64,000 nt of DNA from Selaginella moellendorffii (lineage: Eukaryota > Plantae > Lycopodiophyta): assembly GCF_000143415.4 (NCBI RefSeq), contig NW_003314285.1:1063-65062 (forward strand), read 5' to 3'. Shown piece after piece: positions 12,819 to 25,237 of this stretch. Position numbers and translations under genes: made by a program. Under the pieces are notes generated by a model that was not told the origin of the DNA, searched no databases, and worked only from the letters and a program-made list of their open reading frames with translations. Position 1 is the stretch's first letter, and the number at the start of each line of letters is the position of its first letter.

Positions 12819-14369
12819 TTATAGGTCACAGTGGAGTTTCAACGCTTTAGCAAAGTTGACGAGGTTTGCATGCGAAGAACCATTTGGCTGGACGTTTCGT
12901 TTGGCTGCATGGCGCAACTCTTTGGCTCTACGTCTCAGCTCGTCGCCGCTGCAATGGTCTCGTCCCATGACAAACCTCACCATATCCTCGACATGGCTTG
13001 CATGGATACCAGCCTCCATGACCTCCTTGATGCGAACTCCAACTTTGAGAGTGTCAACAACCCAGGCTGTGTTGAAAACTTGCTCGGCAAAACAAGGCAA
13101 GCATAACAAGGACTCGAGCGTCGAGTTCCACCCGCAATGCGAGAGGAGAGCACCCACGGATTCATGCTCCAGCACCTACGATTGATTGTGCGAAAAACTA
13201 TCAACCCATGGAGCGAATATCTAGATCATACCTTGACTTGAGGAGCCCAAGAGATTATCAGCCCCTTCTCGTTCTGCTGTATCCTGGCCGAGAAATCGTT
13301 CCTTGCCTGCTCGTCACTGCCTTGGAGAAGATCGAGCCTGATCACCCACAAGAATGCGTGGCCGCTGTTGGCAAGTCCCTCGTAAACCTGCTGAGCGTCA
13401 CTGTAAGAGATGGTTGCGACGCTTCCAAAGGAAACGTAGACCACCGAGCTTGGTGCTTGTTTGTCCAGCCACTCCAAACAGCTCGTGTCTTCGATCCATG
13501 GAGACATGCTCAATTGTGTTTCCTCCCCCGTGTCGTCAAAGTGCAAGGGCCCAACCGCAATACAATTTGGATTCACGTCTCGGGCAGCATCCAAGGGTGC
13601 TGCTTCCATCTCCTGGAAGGAATTCACAAACACCCAAACGTCATCTTTCATCCTTTCAAAGCGTTGGATTCGGAGTTCAAAGCCTGGATCACACTCGTCC
13701 TCGTGCTGGAGTGTGCTCGGGAGGTGACTTGCGCAAAAAGAAGGAAGCCCAGGCATGAAATCTATTATATCTTTCCTCCCTACAATAAGAACGTAAAAAT
13801 GAAAAAAGAGAAAAAGGCAAAAAGTAGCTTAGAGGAGGACCTTTTGCTGGTAAGATGTGCTTGAGCAAAGGCAAGTGGAAGCAAAGGAGAAGACAGGCAG
13901 CGGACGACGTCCACAGTAGTGCCCGAGCGATTCCAAGGTTGTGACAGAATTCCTGGCTCCACCCAATAAACGCATCAAAGAGTACGCATGTCACTGGAGG
14001 GCGACGGGGATCGCTAGCCATGCCCATCACCAATTGCTCCAGATCCTGTTTCATCCCCTCCATGGAATTGAGAAACATCTGGAGGTTGTTCCCCAGCCGA
14101 TGCTTTGGGAGACAATCGTCTGGAATGCTCACAAACCTGTAGGCGAGCTATAAGTCTCCTCGCTAAGGAAACTTGGGCTCATACCTGAAAGAATCATCCC
14201 CCACGGCAGTGGATTTCTTGAACTCCTGCTCGTGGCGGCTGCGAGTGTTGATGAAGGTTATGATGAATCCCATTGAAGCGAGCTTGCGGCACAGTAGTAT
14301 CATCGGATTAATGTGACCTTGGGCAGGAAATGGAAACGCTAAAACATGAGGCGGCGCCATTCTGCTCAT
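12819..14369 (-). CDS. Family 1 UDP-glycosyltransferase; exons 14369-14185, 14136-13841, 13779-13232, 13175-12819 (~461 aa)
   Basis: N-terminal PFPAQGHINP, CLEWLDKQAPSSVVYVSFGS, and PSPG box WAPQ...HCGWNSTLES. GT-AG introns keep the frame. The PSPG box lacks 6 aa (the GVPM region). Confidence 0.9.
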
Positions 14370-14755
14370 CTAGGGTACACATTCCATGGTCTTATCTTTC
14401 GTCGACTATGGTTGACTTTGAAGGATTCGTTGTCCAAGTCATGTTCTTATTTTAGGTAAGTCTAATGTATCAACAAGTTGGTCAAGTTATTCAAATCTCT
14501 TGCTGGATTTTGTGGCGGTGGTGCTTGTTCCTCACTGATGTAACTCTTTTCTAATACAATCTCTTCGCTTTCTTATATATTGCTGGAACTAGCTAGCTCG
14601 AAGAAAAAGAAAAAAAAAAAGCACGGTTTCACGACAACCAAGTGCTAAAACTCTCGATGCTCAGAGTGATCTCAAGACCAAAAACGTGTGAGAGGGGAGA
14701 AAGGAGAGCGAGGATAACTTAGAAGTGTATGATCACCTGGCGATGATGTTACTGA

Positions 14756-15599
14756 TCATGGCATGAACAACTTGTTGCCACACTTGCACCGCCAAGCCTC
14801 GGGGTAGTACTCGGCGGTCTTGACGAGACCCGGCTGGATTGGAACATGAACAGGCCTGCAAGGATAGCATCTCCCACACTTTGACGTGCATTGGGGTGGC
14901 GACGATCCAGGCCCGCTCAAGCTCCTCCTCACCAGGCTGCTGCTGGATCGAAGCTCCTCCAATTGCAAGGGCGAGTAATCGGCTACCCAGCTTTGTTGAT
15001 CCACACTTTGTTGATCATCGCCCATCTGATAGAAATGATCATTTGCATAAGTATCATTTCTAAGACTACAGATGGGAGAAAAGGAGAGAAATTTTTTGCA
15101 GTACCTGATCGAGCTGCTGCCGTTTTGTGGACAGTGATAAAGCTGCGTCTTTGCTTTCATGGACACCTGCAGATTTGAAAGATTTGATAATTAGTAAAGG
15201 CCTGGCCGGGTTTAAGAATTTTTGGAAGCTGTCGTGTTCGAGGACAGGGACAGCGCAAGGAGGACGTTTGTGGAGCTCACGCAAAACCATCCATGGGGTA
15301 ATAAATCTATCTATCTATCTATCGATCTATATCCAGGTCTATGCAGCAAGCAAATCATGCGAGATCGAGCACGCATTCATTCATCCAATCAAAGTTTTAA
15401 GTTTAAAGCGAGCTTCTTTCCGTGAGTCAATTCCTCTCACTCTCTCACTCTTCTTCGTGGGGATTCCTTTCACTCGCAGCATAGATTTGGAGAGCCACAC
15501 GACACAAGCGAAGAGCAAGAAAACCAAGGAAAGTATTATAACGTACCGGTACTCAGTCGCTCCGCTTGAGTTCTGCCAGCGCTGGATGAGTGCAAGCAT
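14756..15599 (-). CDS. EPFL: EPIDERMAL PATTERNING FACTOR-like secreted cysteine-rich peptide (EPFL4/5/6 clade); first exon uncertain
   Basis: Mature domain GPGSSPPQCTSKCGRCYPCRPVHVPIQPG...EYYPEAWRCKCGNKLFMP has the 6-Cys EPFL pattern. Acceptor 'ctgcag' lies before 15166. A hydrophobic candidate first exon starts at 15599. Confidence 0.9.
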
Positions 15600-15982
15600 C
15601 TTGAAGCGAGGAGGATGGCAAGTACCAAGTAAACTAAACTGCGAGCTCCTCCTCTTCTTCTACTGCAGCAATGCTCTAAGCTCCAAAACGATCGTTTCAT
15701 AGCTGCTTATTATATCAATCCCACTACCGTCCCTTCAAACTGAAGAACTCCCTTGGGTGAAGAAGAACTCCAGCTACATTCCCTCCCGGAGGCTAGGCTT
15801 GGATCTTGGGGATGTGCTGTTTGTGGAGAGATGGTTTATACAATGTTTTTTTCCTTTCTTTTTTCTCCAATCTGTTAAAAACTGCTCGAGACTTTCTGTT
15901 TCATCCGTGCTTTTGAGCTGACGCTTTGCGAGGAAACGAATCACCTGTGGTCGTATAGCTCTTTCTTACCGCCACCAAGCCC

Positions 15983-16009
15983 AGAGAGAGAGAGAGAGAG
16001 AGAGAGAGA
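15983..16009. repeat. (AG)n microsatellite upstream of EPFL (GAGA-type element)
   Basis: Dinucleotide run. Confidence 0.9.
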
Positions 16010-19000
16010 TCGATCCCGCGATACCCGAAGCAGCTTTGACTCGGGCTTTGACTGGCCACTCCAAGTCCAAGGCTTCTTCTTTTGGACAAAGGCGTGCTGC
16101 TTGACTGCGAGAAAAAGAAATCTATATGATTTCATCCATCCAGCCGAGACACCCACCGTCTTTACTCCACCAATGTACTACTGGCTGTGTGATCAGAGGC
16201 CCGGAAGATTTATACATCGATCCAAGACGAGAGCGAGAGCGAGAGAGAGATTGAATGGAAGAAGAAGAAGAAAAGAGTTACTCTAGGGACAGACCAAAAC
16301 GAGGAAGAACAATGAATGACGAGAGAGCTCCTGCCAATGCTGCTGGCCAAGGAAAGAAAAAAAGAAAAGAATGGGAAGAAACCACTGCAGCCGGACTGGT
16401 GCTGCCCCCTTCTCGGCGCTCGCTTGTGTACTCCTCGTAATCAACGTAGCATGGTCTTTAGTCTTGGCACCAGTGTGTCTTGGAGATGATAAACAAAACC
16501 AAGCCCTGGAAAGGATGGAATGCGAGCGCGCAAGCACGAGAGGAAACTATACTGCCTCGCACAGGACGTCCCGAATAAATGTAGATGGACATTCAAAGCA
16601 AGAGTATTTGTGTGTGTGGTTGCTGCTGGGAGAATAAGAAGAAGAATCGAGTAATAATAAAAAGGTAAAAAATATGAGCTCCGATCAGATGAGCAGTGGA
16701 ATATAGAGTGACTTGACTTGTGAGGGGGGAGGAACAAGAACTCTCCTCCCTCTAAAAACTGGAGCGAGTGATCATCGATGAATCAAGGCAACCTTGAAGC
16801 CGTGGTTCCACTGGCAGAAAGAAAAAACAAATCTCGTTAGAAGAAACTGAGTTCCTCTAACTCTCCTCTTTCTTTTTTCAACACTCTTTCTTTACCTTCT
16901 TGCTTTCTTTCTTCTTCCTTACAACAAGTAACAGAGGCTGGAGCAGCAGGAGCAGCAGGAGCAGCAGCAGCAGCAGCGGCAGAGCCAGCATCAAACCAGC
17001 AGAGCTACCATTTGTTTAAAAGAAAGAAAAAACTTTCTTTTCGTTCTTTCTCTTCGCTCCCCCTTCTCCAAAAAAAATACCACCACCCAACAGCGAAGAA
17101 AACAAACTGGCACACTGCAAAGAGAGCAAAGAGAGCAAGACTATTGTGTTCAAAGCAGCAAGAGGTGCTACAACTATATACTAGTCCCAAGCTTGAGAAT
17201 CGGGGGATTTTGTTTATTACAAAAATCCACGTCTTATCTCCAGGTAAGATTCAGAGAACATCTCAAACAAGGTGCCAACTTTAACTATTTTAACCTCGTA
17301 GCTAAAGTTGACGGACAATGGATGTGTAAGGGCCAATGGCACGGCACATGTCCAAGGGTCCCGCAAAATGCCTCTTCACTGTCTTGTCTCTCTGCTCCGC
17401 CAGTTCTCCTGTCGTGTGTGTGCGTGCGCCTGAAAGTGCCACGACTGGGCATTTGTTTTTAACCCCGCTTGTGTGTACGGCAGTGGCAATTCTTCCACTT
17501 TTTTTTCTTTAACGCAGAGGTCTAAGGGAGCTTTCAACGCAGACCAAAATGCCCAAATGCCCAACAGAAGGGAAGGAGCCTTTACTTTCCACTTACCTTG
17601 ACTGCCACAGTCTTGAGTTTCTTTTTCAAGTCTCTCTTTTTTTTCTGAAGAGAAATTAATTGCACTTGTCAGGACCTATGTAGAGGCTTCCAAATAGTGT
17701 GTATGATCGAGTTCGGCGTCGACAGCTACAGTTTCTACAGTAGAAATATACCCGCCTCCTCCTGAAATCTTACCAGCTTTACTCCAGTCTCCTGTCCATT
17801 TCGGTGGTCATTTGTTCCTTGTCGGGCCGGCCGCATTCATCCGGCCGTCCATCTGCTCTTTGTTTCTTAGGGCAAAGTGTCCCGGAGAGCTTTCTCTTTC
17901 AGATGTTGGTGCAAGCAACTGAGCTATCAAAAGTGGTATAGCTTCAAGAGAGCTATCGTTGCCTTCAATTCTATAGGAGCGACAGTACTTAGTTGCAGTG
18001 CTGCTGCTGCTGGGCTCTCTTTTGTTTGAATAGAGTGGAGTATGTTTTTTGTTCTTTCTTGGATGCCAATATAGCTCACTATGATGAGCTTTTGTTGCAG
18101 CAGCCGAGGATTGGATGGAACACAAAGAACTGCTTAAGTTATCATGATCGTCACCTCCTCTCCATCCCCAAAGCTCTCAATCAGGTTTGTAAACGCACAC
18201 ATTTTGCGGCCAGGAATCTAGCAGAAGCAAGAAACTCCACTTCTCCGTGACACTTGTAATTACTGCAAAGAGGATCTCTCCAAGTACAGTTCTAACGCTG
18301 TTGCCTTGCCTGACGATATTTCATGTGCGGGATTATATAATGCCACCACCTCCACGCAAAGGATGCTATGTGCTATACTGACAACCTATGAACGTCAAGA
18401 TCTGCTTTTAGCTTTGGTAATGTATGCATATCGTTGTTGGGGTGAACGAGCTCCGTGAAAACATCGATTGATCCATGCAAGTTTTCCCGTTTGGAGCATG
18501 GTCCGATGGATCATGATCTCGTTTTTAAAAGCGGCAAGCTCAAGCAAATATTCCAACAAGAACCATGGTTGCATGGGCTCAGAGTTTGAAAAGAGGGAAA
18601 AGACGGTGTGATCCCAAGGCGTGTGTGCACAGAGATCTTCGGCCTTGTGTTCCACAGCTGCATGAAAACAAATGCCCCAGATTCCGAGGCCTGAGACAGG
18701 CCATGTGCCAGGACGAGATCACAGCCATGCACGCATTCCGAATCCGTCGGCGATTCCGAAACAGAATCCATCTCTCCGCGCCACCCCCGTCGTCACCCCA
18801 CGTAACGCAGCCCTCCCTTTCGTACGGACGTGGCTGCCAAAGTCAACTGGGTTCATTTATGAAGATTTTGGGGTCACTTTTCGATGTTACTTGCTTGCAT
18901 TGCAATGCGAATGCGATGCCTGGGACGGGCTGTGCCACTTTTGAGTGACAATCGTAGCTAGCGGTTCAAGGGCGAATCTTGTCTCTTTTCCGTGGATTTG

Positions 19001-19855
19001 ATTCGAAGTTTGATCGCTCCAATCCTTTCTATCACTTCGTGAGAGGAAGCTGAAAAAGCATGGACCGGAGTGATCTTATCTTTGGTTCTCTTGTCAACTT
19101 TGCGATATTATTTCGGGTCCGATTTGACCGATCCCATTATCTTTTTGACCGATCCCATTTTTTTGGTGTTGCCACCAGCCAGACATTATCCTATGTGCTG
19201 TAAGAGGAGCGCGCTTTCTTTTCAGGTGGGCTTTGCTTGGGGAACAACGTTGTTGGCCATGCAGAGCAGGCCAAAGTTTTTTATTTCCTTTTCCTCCTCT
19301 AAACAATTGGGCAGCGATCTTCAAGTGAAAAATCTAAGAATGTTGGTTCCAGATAGTCGAAGAGGCGAACACTAGCAATCGATCAATCACCCAGTTGTTT
19401 TGTCTCCACTCCATGATGCAAATGCGAGACAAACAAAAAGCAAACGCCCATGCTGGGACAAGACAGCAAACAAGAAAACGAAGCAGCACCTTTTTCCTCG
19501 TGTGTTATAAGTGATGGAAGAGAAACCTTTGAAGAAAGTGGTGACAAAACCTCTTTATCTGGGTGGGACATAGCTGGATCCAAAGCCTGGCTCCAAGGAA
19601 GATAGCTCTTTTATTTTGTCACCCGGCTTCCCCCAAAGTATAATCTAGCTATAGCCCCGAAACCATCCACAGTAAGTAGCAGCCAAACTAAAACTTGCAA
19701 AAGGGAAATCTTCTCTCTGGCATCCTCGAGGCTGTGCTTGCTTTGCAGCAAAACCTTTCTTTCCTCTGGGAGCTCATACACTTCGCACACAAACGCTTCC
19801 ATCGGGTTCTTGGTTCTTCGACTTCTTCTTGTTGGTGCTGATGATCAATCACCAG

Positions 19856-21618
19856 CTAACTGCGTTCCCTGCTGCGCTCTCTACTCCTGCTCTTGCTCCT
19901 CTTCCTCGATTCACTCCTCCACTCTCTACTGCGGTGCCTGTCACCGTCCCTGTTCCTCTCCCGGTCGCCGTGGTGACCCCTGTTCCTGTTAAATCCCCCG
20001 TGGTGCCTTCGGTCACTGTTCTGTCTCTTGTACTTATCAGACCTGAAAACACGACAGACCATCTCTGTCAGCGCATTTTCGACAACAAGGTGGAAAACAG
20101 TAAATAGTTACCTCCACTCGTTGCCTTTGCCACCCTGGTATGCACCATTCTGCAGGTGAAATGCAGCATACACGGAGTCAGAGGGGAGAAAGATATTCAC
20201 CAATGGAACTTTTACCTTTTGAGTGGGAGAGTCTTTCAAGTCCAGCTTCTCTTCGACAGAGCTCTCTTGCATCCTTTCTTTCTTTTTGGCCTCGAGCTCT
20301 TCGTCACGTTTTCTCCTTAACTCCTCCAGAGTGTTTCTTATTTTCAGATACCCCTGCGAACAAGAACGAGTGACGATATTAGCCGAACGTTCTAGCAATC
20401 ACAAAAATTGCGGGGAGGAAAACAAAGAAAAATCAGTTACCACATGCTGCCTGCCCTCCAAATGGCTTGCAAGTCTCTTTTCAGTGTCTGTTGAGGCCTG
20501 CATTGCACCACATATTTCACATACTTGCATTCTTTTTTCTTTCTCTAAAATAGTTCCGTACTCTGGCATAATTGCACGCATAATCAACTCCTTCTCCCTA
20601 TTCAATATTTCAACCTGCGAGGAGCAAGAAAAATTCAGATACAATACCAGAGGCGAAGTCATACGGCTAGCTACAAACGACAATAAACAGACCAGAGGGT
20701 TCAATGAGGGACAAGATCGCCTGAAACAAACTACAAGCTTAATGGTCACAACATAGGTACCTCAAGCAATCAGTTAGCTGCTGTAGCTAAAAAATCATGC
20801 CTGGTGTCAGAAAGATCAAGATCAGCAATCTCGGGTCAATAGAAAACCCACATCAATACCTTCTACGGGCTTAGAAGTTTTAGACTTCCTCTACAAATGA
20901 AGAGGAACTACCCTGGCATGCAGATTACGGGACCTTAATTAGCACAATCAGGAGAAAGAGCCTATCAGACCTCAAACAGCAGGGAGCTGCATTCCACGAA
21001 GGAAAGAACTTTCTTTTACCTTTTCCATGGTAGCTTGCGCCTGATCGACCATACCCTCTTCTCCCTCTTTCTCGGCCCTTTTGAGAAGAGCCTGGACTTC
21101 CAACGAAATTGCACTGATTTTCTCTGTTCCACCTTTGTTCTGTTCCATAACGGGAACTTCCTTCTCCAACCTCTCATAACATCTTCGTATCTTCCTGTAG
21201 CGCCAGGCAACAATTTTCAACACTTCCTTCAAAACAATGAAAAGAAAAGACAAACCTTTCGAGATCGGAGATCAGGCGCTCGAGATACCTCAAGAACTCC
21301 ATCTCGTACTGAGCCACTTTGTTCGATTTCCGAAATGGCTCGCGCAGCGCATCGTCGTGAACCTTCCCGCACGGCCCCAAATCACTCTTGGTATTGGGAA
21401 AAAGATCGTGCGGGCAGAAAGAAACCAGATGATAGTGGCAGACCTGCAAGAAAAAGAAGAATGCGCCAAAATTTCTCATCCATTCGCCCCGAAATCCAAA
21501 CCCTAAGCAAAAATCACACCTGGGCATCATCGAAGCGCAAGCGGCTCTGCCGCTTCTGGCCCAGCGGCAAATCCCGGTCCTTGCCCATGAGCTCGTCCAG
21601 CAGCGCCTTGGGATCCAT
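19856..21618 (-). CDS. LUC7: LUC7-like U1 snRNP-associated splicing factor (multi-exon)
   Basis: Start MDPKALLDELMG; ZnF1 VCHYHLVSFCPHDLFPNTKSDLGPCGKVH; ZnF2 VCEICGA...RLASHLEGRQH; C-terminal RS-rich tail. Confidence 0.92.
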
Positions 21619-21968
21619 CGCGCCAAGAAACCAAGCCTTCCTTCTTGCCCTAAACAAGCAGCGTTCTAGGGCGGCAAATAACGCCCGGGTTCGAAACTAA
21701 CTAACTATATATGTCCTTGGCGGGAATCGAACTCCTCTCTTCTGGCTGGAAAAAAGGGTAAAAACAATTGTTTCTTTTACCGTTATGGTAACTCTCATAA
21801 AGCTCGAGTCAACCGATCACACACACAGCGGAGCTCGTGATCATCACTTTAATATGAGGCAAGAACACTTTCCTTTCGCTCTTTCCATGAATTTCTTGGT
21901 CGCTGGGACAAATTCTTCGTGCATGATCGCGTCGTCCGGAACCAGAATTAGAGCGCTGGAATTGGAGG

Positions 21969-23282
21969 ATGAAAACTCTGTTGCTGCTCTTGATCGCGCT
22001 GTGGATGATTCTTGCGATTGTTTCCAGTGAGGACGAGCAGCGCGAATTCAAGGCATGGATCTATCGCAATGGCAGAAAATCGACGAGGTCAGATGGGATG
22101 CGTGTTCATCATCATTTGATCGAGAGCTTAGTGGAAGCGGAGAGAAACCAGAGCGTGATTGTGGTGGCAAGAGATGGATTGGGGAATTTTAGCTCCATTG
22201 CCGAGGCAATCGACTCCATTCCGGAACAAAACCAGCAAAGAGTGATCGTGTGGATCAAAGCGGGAGTCTACAGGTAAAATGAAAAAGAAATCTAGTCTCT
22301 CTGTTGGATCGAAAAGGTTCTCACCTTGAGCCAGGGAAAAGATTGCCATTCCAAAATCCAAACCGTTTGTAACACTCCAAGGAGATGGGAGCTCACTCAC
22401 GATAATCACTTGGAACTCCACAGCTTCGGATAGAAATGGCACGAATCTACTCAAGACATATAACAGCGCCACCATTTCCATCAACTCGAGGTTCTTCATC
22501 GCCAAGAACATCACATTCCAGGTTTGCTCTAGCTAAACATCTTTGAGAAGTTCTCGCAAAATAATCTCAAAGAAATCATTACTAGAATGAAGCAATTGCT
22601 CACATCCATGGTGAGACCGGGAAGCAAGCCGTGGCATTGCGAATCAGCGCGGACATGGCGGCCTTCTACGATTGCAACTTCCATGGCGGCCAAGACACTC
22701 TCTACGATCACAAGGGCCGGCATTACTTCAAGCGATGTTTCGTGCAAGGAAGCGTGGATTTCATCTTTGGCTATGGAAGATCCCTCTACAAAGTACGTAA
22801 AAACCAAACTCTCCATCAAAAGATCACAACCTTTGCAGGATTGCCATCTCTACTCGATCGCCAACAAAACAGGCGCGATCACTGCACAAAAGAGGACCAT
22901 TCGCAACATGAACTCGGGATTTTCATTCGTGAATTGCAGCATCACTGGATCCGGAAGAATTTACCTGGGACGTGCATGGGGAGATCGATCCAGGGTGGTC
23001 TACTCGTACACCTACATGGACGCGCTCATAGCTCCTCAAGGGTGGCAAAACTGGAATCACCCAGAACGAAACAGGTAGATTTTTGCATTTCTTCCAACTT
23101 CGCATTGAAAATTCCATCTCTCGCTCCATAGGACTGTGTTCTTCGCGCAGTACGAGTGTAGCGGGCCTGGAGCAAAGACGAGCCAGCGAGTGGCATGGGC
23201 AAGAACCCTCACTTTCGAGGAGGCACAACCATTCCTAGACACAGATTTCATCCATGGAGAAACATGGCTTCTCTCCACATAA
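21969..23282 (+). CDS. PME: Pectin methylesterase (signal peptide, no PMEI pro-domain), 5 exons
   Basis: Motifs IKAGVYREK, QAVALRI, QDTLYDH, GSVDFIFG, YLGRAW. TAA at 23280-23282. Confidence 0.93.
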
Positions 23283-23336
23283 AGGAGACTATTTGTTTCT
23301 GATGATACAACTTAGAATGTGACCTTTTGGGGATCT

Positions 23337-24995
23337 ATGGGTTTTGCAAGCGGAGCTAGTGTCAGATCGATTCAAAGTTCAAGATCGAGATCGATCAAGC
23401 AGCTCCCTGTTGATTCTTCCAACACCTACTCTTCCAATCTTGTCATCCAGCAGCTCGGGCGATCCGGCAACCTCGAAAACGCTCGCGGTGTTTTTGATAA
23501 TCTCCAGCCCAGGAACGTGTTCTCGTGGGGAATCTTGTTATCGGCATATACCCAGAATGGGTATCATTCAGCTGCAAAGGCCATGTTTGAAAAGATGCCG
23601 GAGTGGAACGTCGTTTGCTGGACATCAGCGTTCCAATCTATCTCACAAAGCGGCCATTTGGCCGATGCCAAGTTCATGTTTGATTCTATGCCCGAGCGTA
23701 CGGTAGTGACGTGGACGGCCATGGTCACGGTATATGCCCAAACCGGGCATCTATCCAAAGCTAAGGCCGTGTTTGATTCTATGCCCCAACATAACGTTGT
23801 CTCGCGTACGGCAATGCTGACGGGTTTTTCTGAAAAGGGTCAGATAGACGAAGCGCGTGTTTTATTTGATGCTGTTAACGACCGAGACGTGATCTCGTGG
23901 AACGCGATGATTTCTGCAAATGCCCAGAACGGGCATTGCGACGAGGCGAAGTTTTTGTTTGATACCATGCGAGAGAAAAACTCTGTGACGTGGAACGCGC
24001 TGCTGTCAGGATTGGCGGAGAATGGACGGCTGGATTCTGCGAGAGATCTCTACCACAGGATGCCACAGCAAAACGTTGTCTCGTGGACTGCCATGATTGG
24101 CGCATATTCCCAGTGTGGGCATCTTGACCACGCCAGGGCCGTGTTTGAGATGATGCCCGACCGCAACGTCGTCTCATGGACGGCCATGATGACTGCCCTT
24201 GCCATCAGCGGGGATATCGACGGCGCAAAAGCTACGTTCGATACCATGCCCGAGAAAAACGAGGTATCTTGGTGTCTTATGGAGGCCGTGTTTGCCCAGA
24301 AGGAACGATTGGAAGATGCCGGGAATGTCCTCGCTAAGATGCCGGTTTGGAGCGTGATATCCTGGACCACCATGCTGGCGGCATATTCCCATGGAGGGCA
24401 TCTCTCCAAGGCAGTGGAGGTTTTCGCTGAGATGCCCGACCGCAATGCCGTGTCGTGGACAGTGATGCTCATGGCATATACCCACAACGGGCATCTTTAT
24501 GACGCCCAGAGAATCTTTGATGAGATGCCCGACCGAGGGGTGGCTTCCTGGAGCGCGATGGTCGCGGCATATGCCCAAAATGGGCGCGCCGCCGCGGCGA
24601 GGAATCTCTATTGCGCGATGAATCAGGATGGGATCAAGCCGGACGAGCTCTTCTTCAAGACGATCCTGGCGGCATGTAGCCACATTGGCTCTGTGGACGA
24701 GGCCTGGCACTACTTTGTGTCGATGATCGCGGATTACTCCCTAGAGCCCTCGATGGATCACTGCTCGGCTATGGCGGACGCGCTAGGGCGGGCGGGCCGG
24801 GTCAAGGACGCCGAGGAGCTCGTCAAAAGCATGCCCTATCTCCCCAATGCGAGCTCCTTGGGAGCCCTCGTTGGATCGTGTAGAACGAGCAGCGACGTCG
24901 ATCGAGGGGCCCAGGCGGCAAAAGCAATGGCGGAGATCTTGCCACGCGACTCCGCGCCTTACGTGGCGTTGTCCGGAATGTGTGCTGAGGTGTAG
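23337..24995 (+). CDS. PLS-class pentatricopeptide repeat protein with E-type C-terminus, no DYW
   Basis: Intronless ORF of tandem ~31-aa PPR motifs (VVSWTAM..AY...G....A...F..MP) ending ...DALGRAGR...SAPYVALS. Confidence 0.92.
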   Translation: MGFASGASVRSIQSSRSRSIKQLPVDSSNTYSSNLVIQQLGRSGNLENARGVFDNLQPRNVFSWGILLSAYTQNGYHSAAKAMFEKMPEWNVVCWTSAFQSISQSGHLADAKFMFDSMPERTVVTWTAMVTVYAQTGHLSKAKAVFDSMPQHNVVSRTAMLTGFSEKGQIDEARVLFDAVNDRDVISWNAMISANAQNGHCDEAKFLFDTMREKNSVTWNALLSGLAENGRLDSARDLYHRMPQQNVVSWTAMIGAYSQCGHLDHARAVFEMMPDRNVVSWTAMMTALAISGDIDGAKATFDTMPEKNEVSWCLMEAVFAQKERLEDAGNVLAKMPVWSVISWTTMLAAYSHGGHLSKAVEVFAEMPDRNAVSWTVMLMAYTHNGHLYDAQRIFDEMPDRGVASWSAMVAAYAQNGRAAAARNLYCAMNQDGIKPDELFFKTILAACSHIGSVDEAWHYFVSMIADYSLEPSMDHCSAMADALGRAGRVKDAEELVKSMPYLPNASSLGALVGSCRTSSDVDRGAQAAKAMAEILPRDSAPYVALSGMCAEV

Positions 24996-25237
24996 GGTGA
25001 GATTGCCTGCCACGCCGGTCGGATTTTCTGCGTGAGCTCTCCACGTCATTGGCTTCTTCGCGGTTTATTAGGGCTTTGGAAATTCGAATGACGCCCTTTC
25101 GACGATCTCTCTGTTTCCCTGGACCATTCTCGATCGTTCGTTCGGCCTATGCGCGCTGGTGGATCGGTAGATCAGTCGCACTGGATCGATCTCCTTGGCG
25201 CGGGTGAGAGATCGATAAATCGCACAGGATTCCAGCA

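Noticed and set aside
18565-18948. VHRDLRP resembling a kinase HRD loop
   Set aside because: No other kinase subdomains nearby; probably chance.
15600-19400. Conserved miRNA precursor
   Set aside because: No match seen by eye to miR156/159/160/166/171/319/390/408; a formal scan was not possible.
21685-21740. GTTCGA B-box/T-loop-like motifs
   Set aside because: No cloverleaf or A-box could be built; lies in the LUC7/PME divergent promoter.
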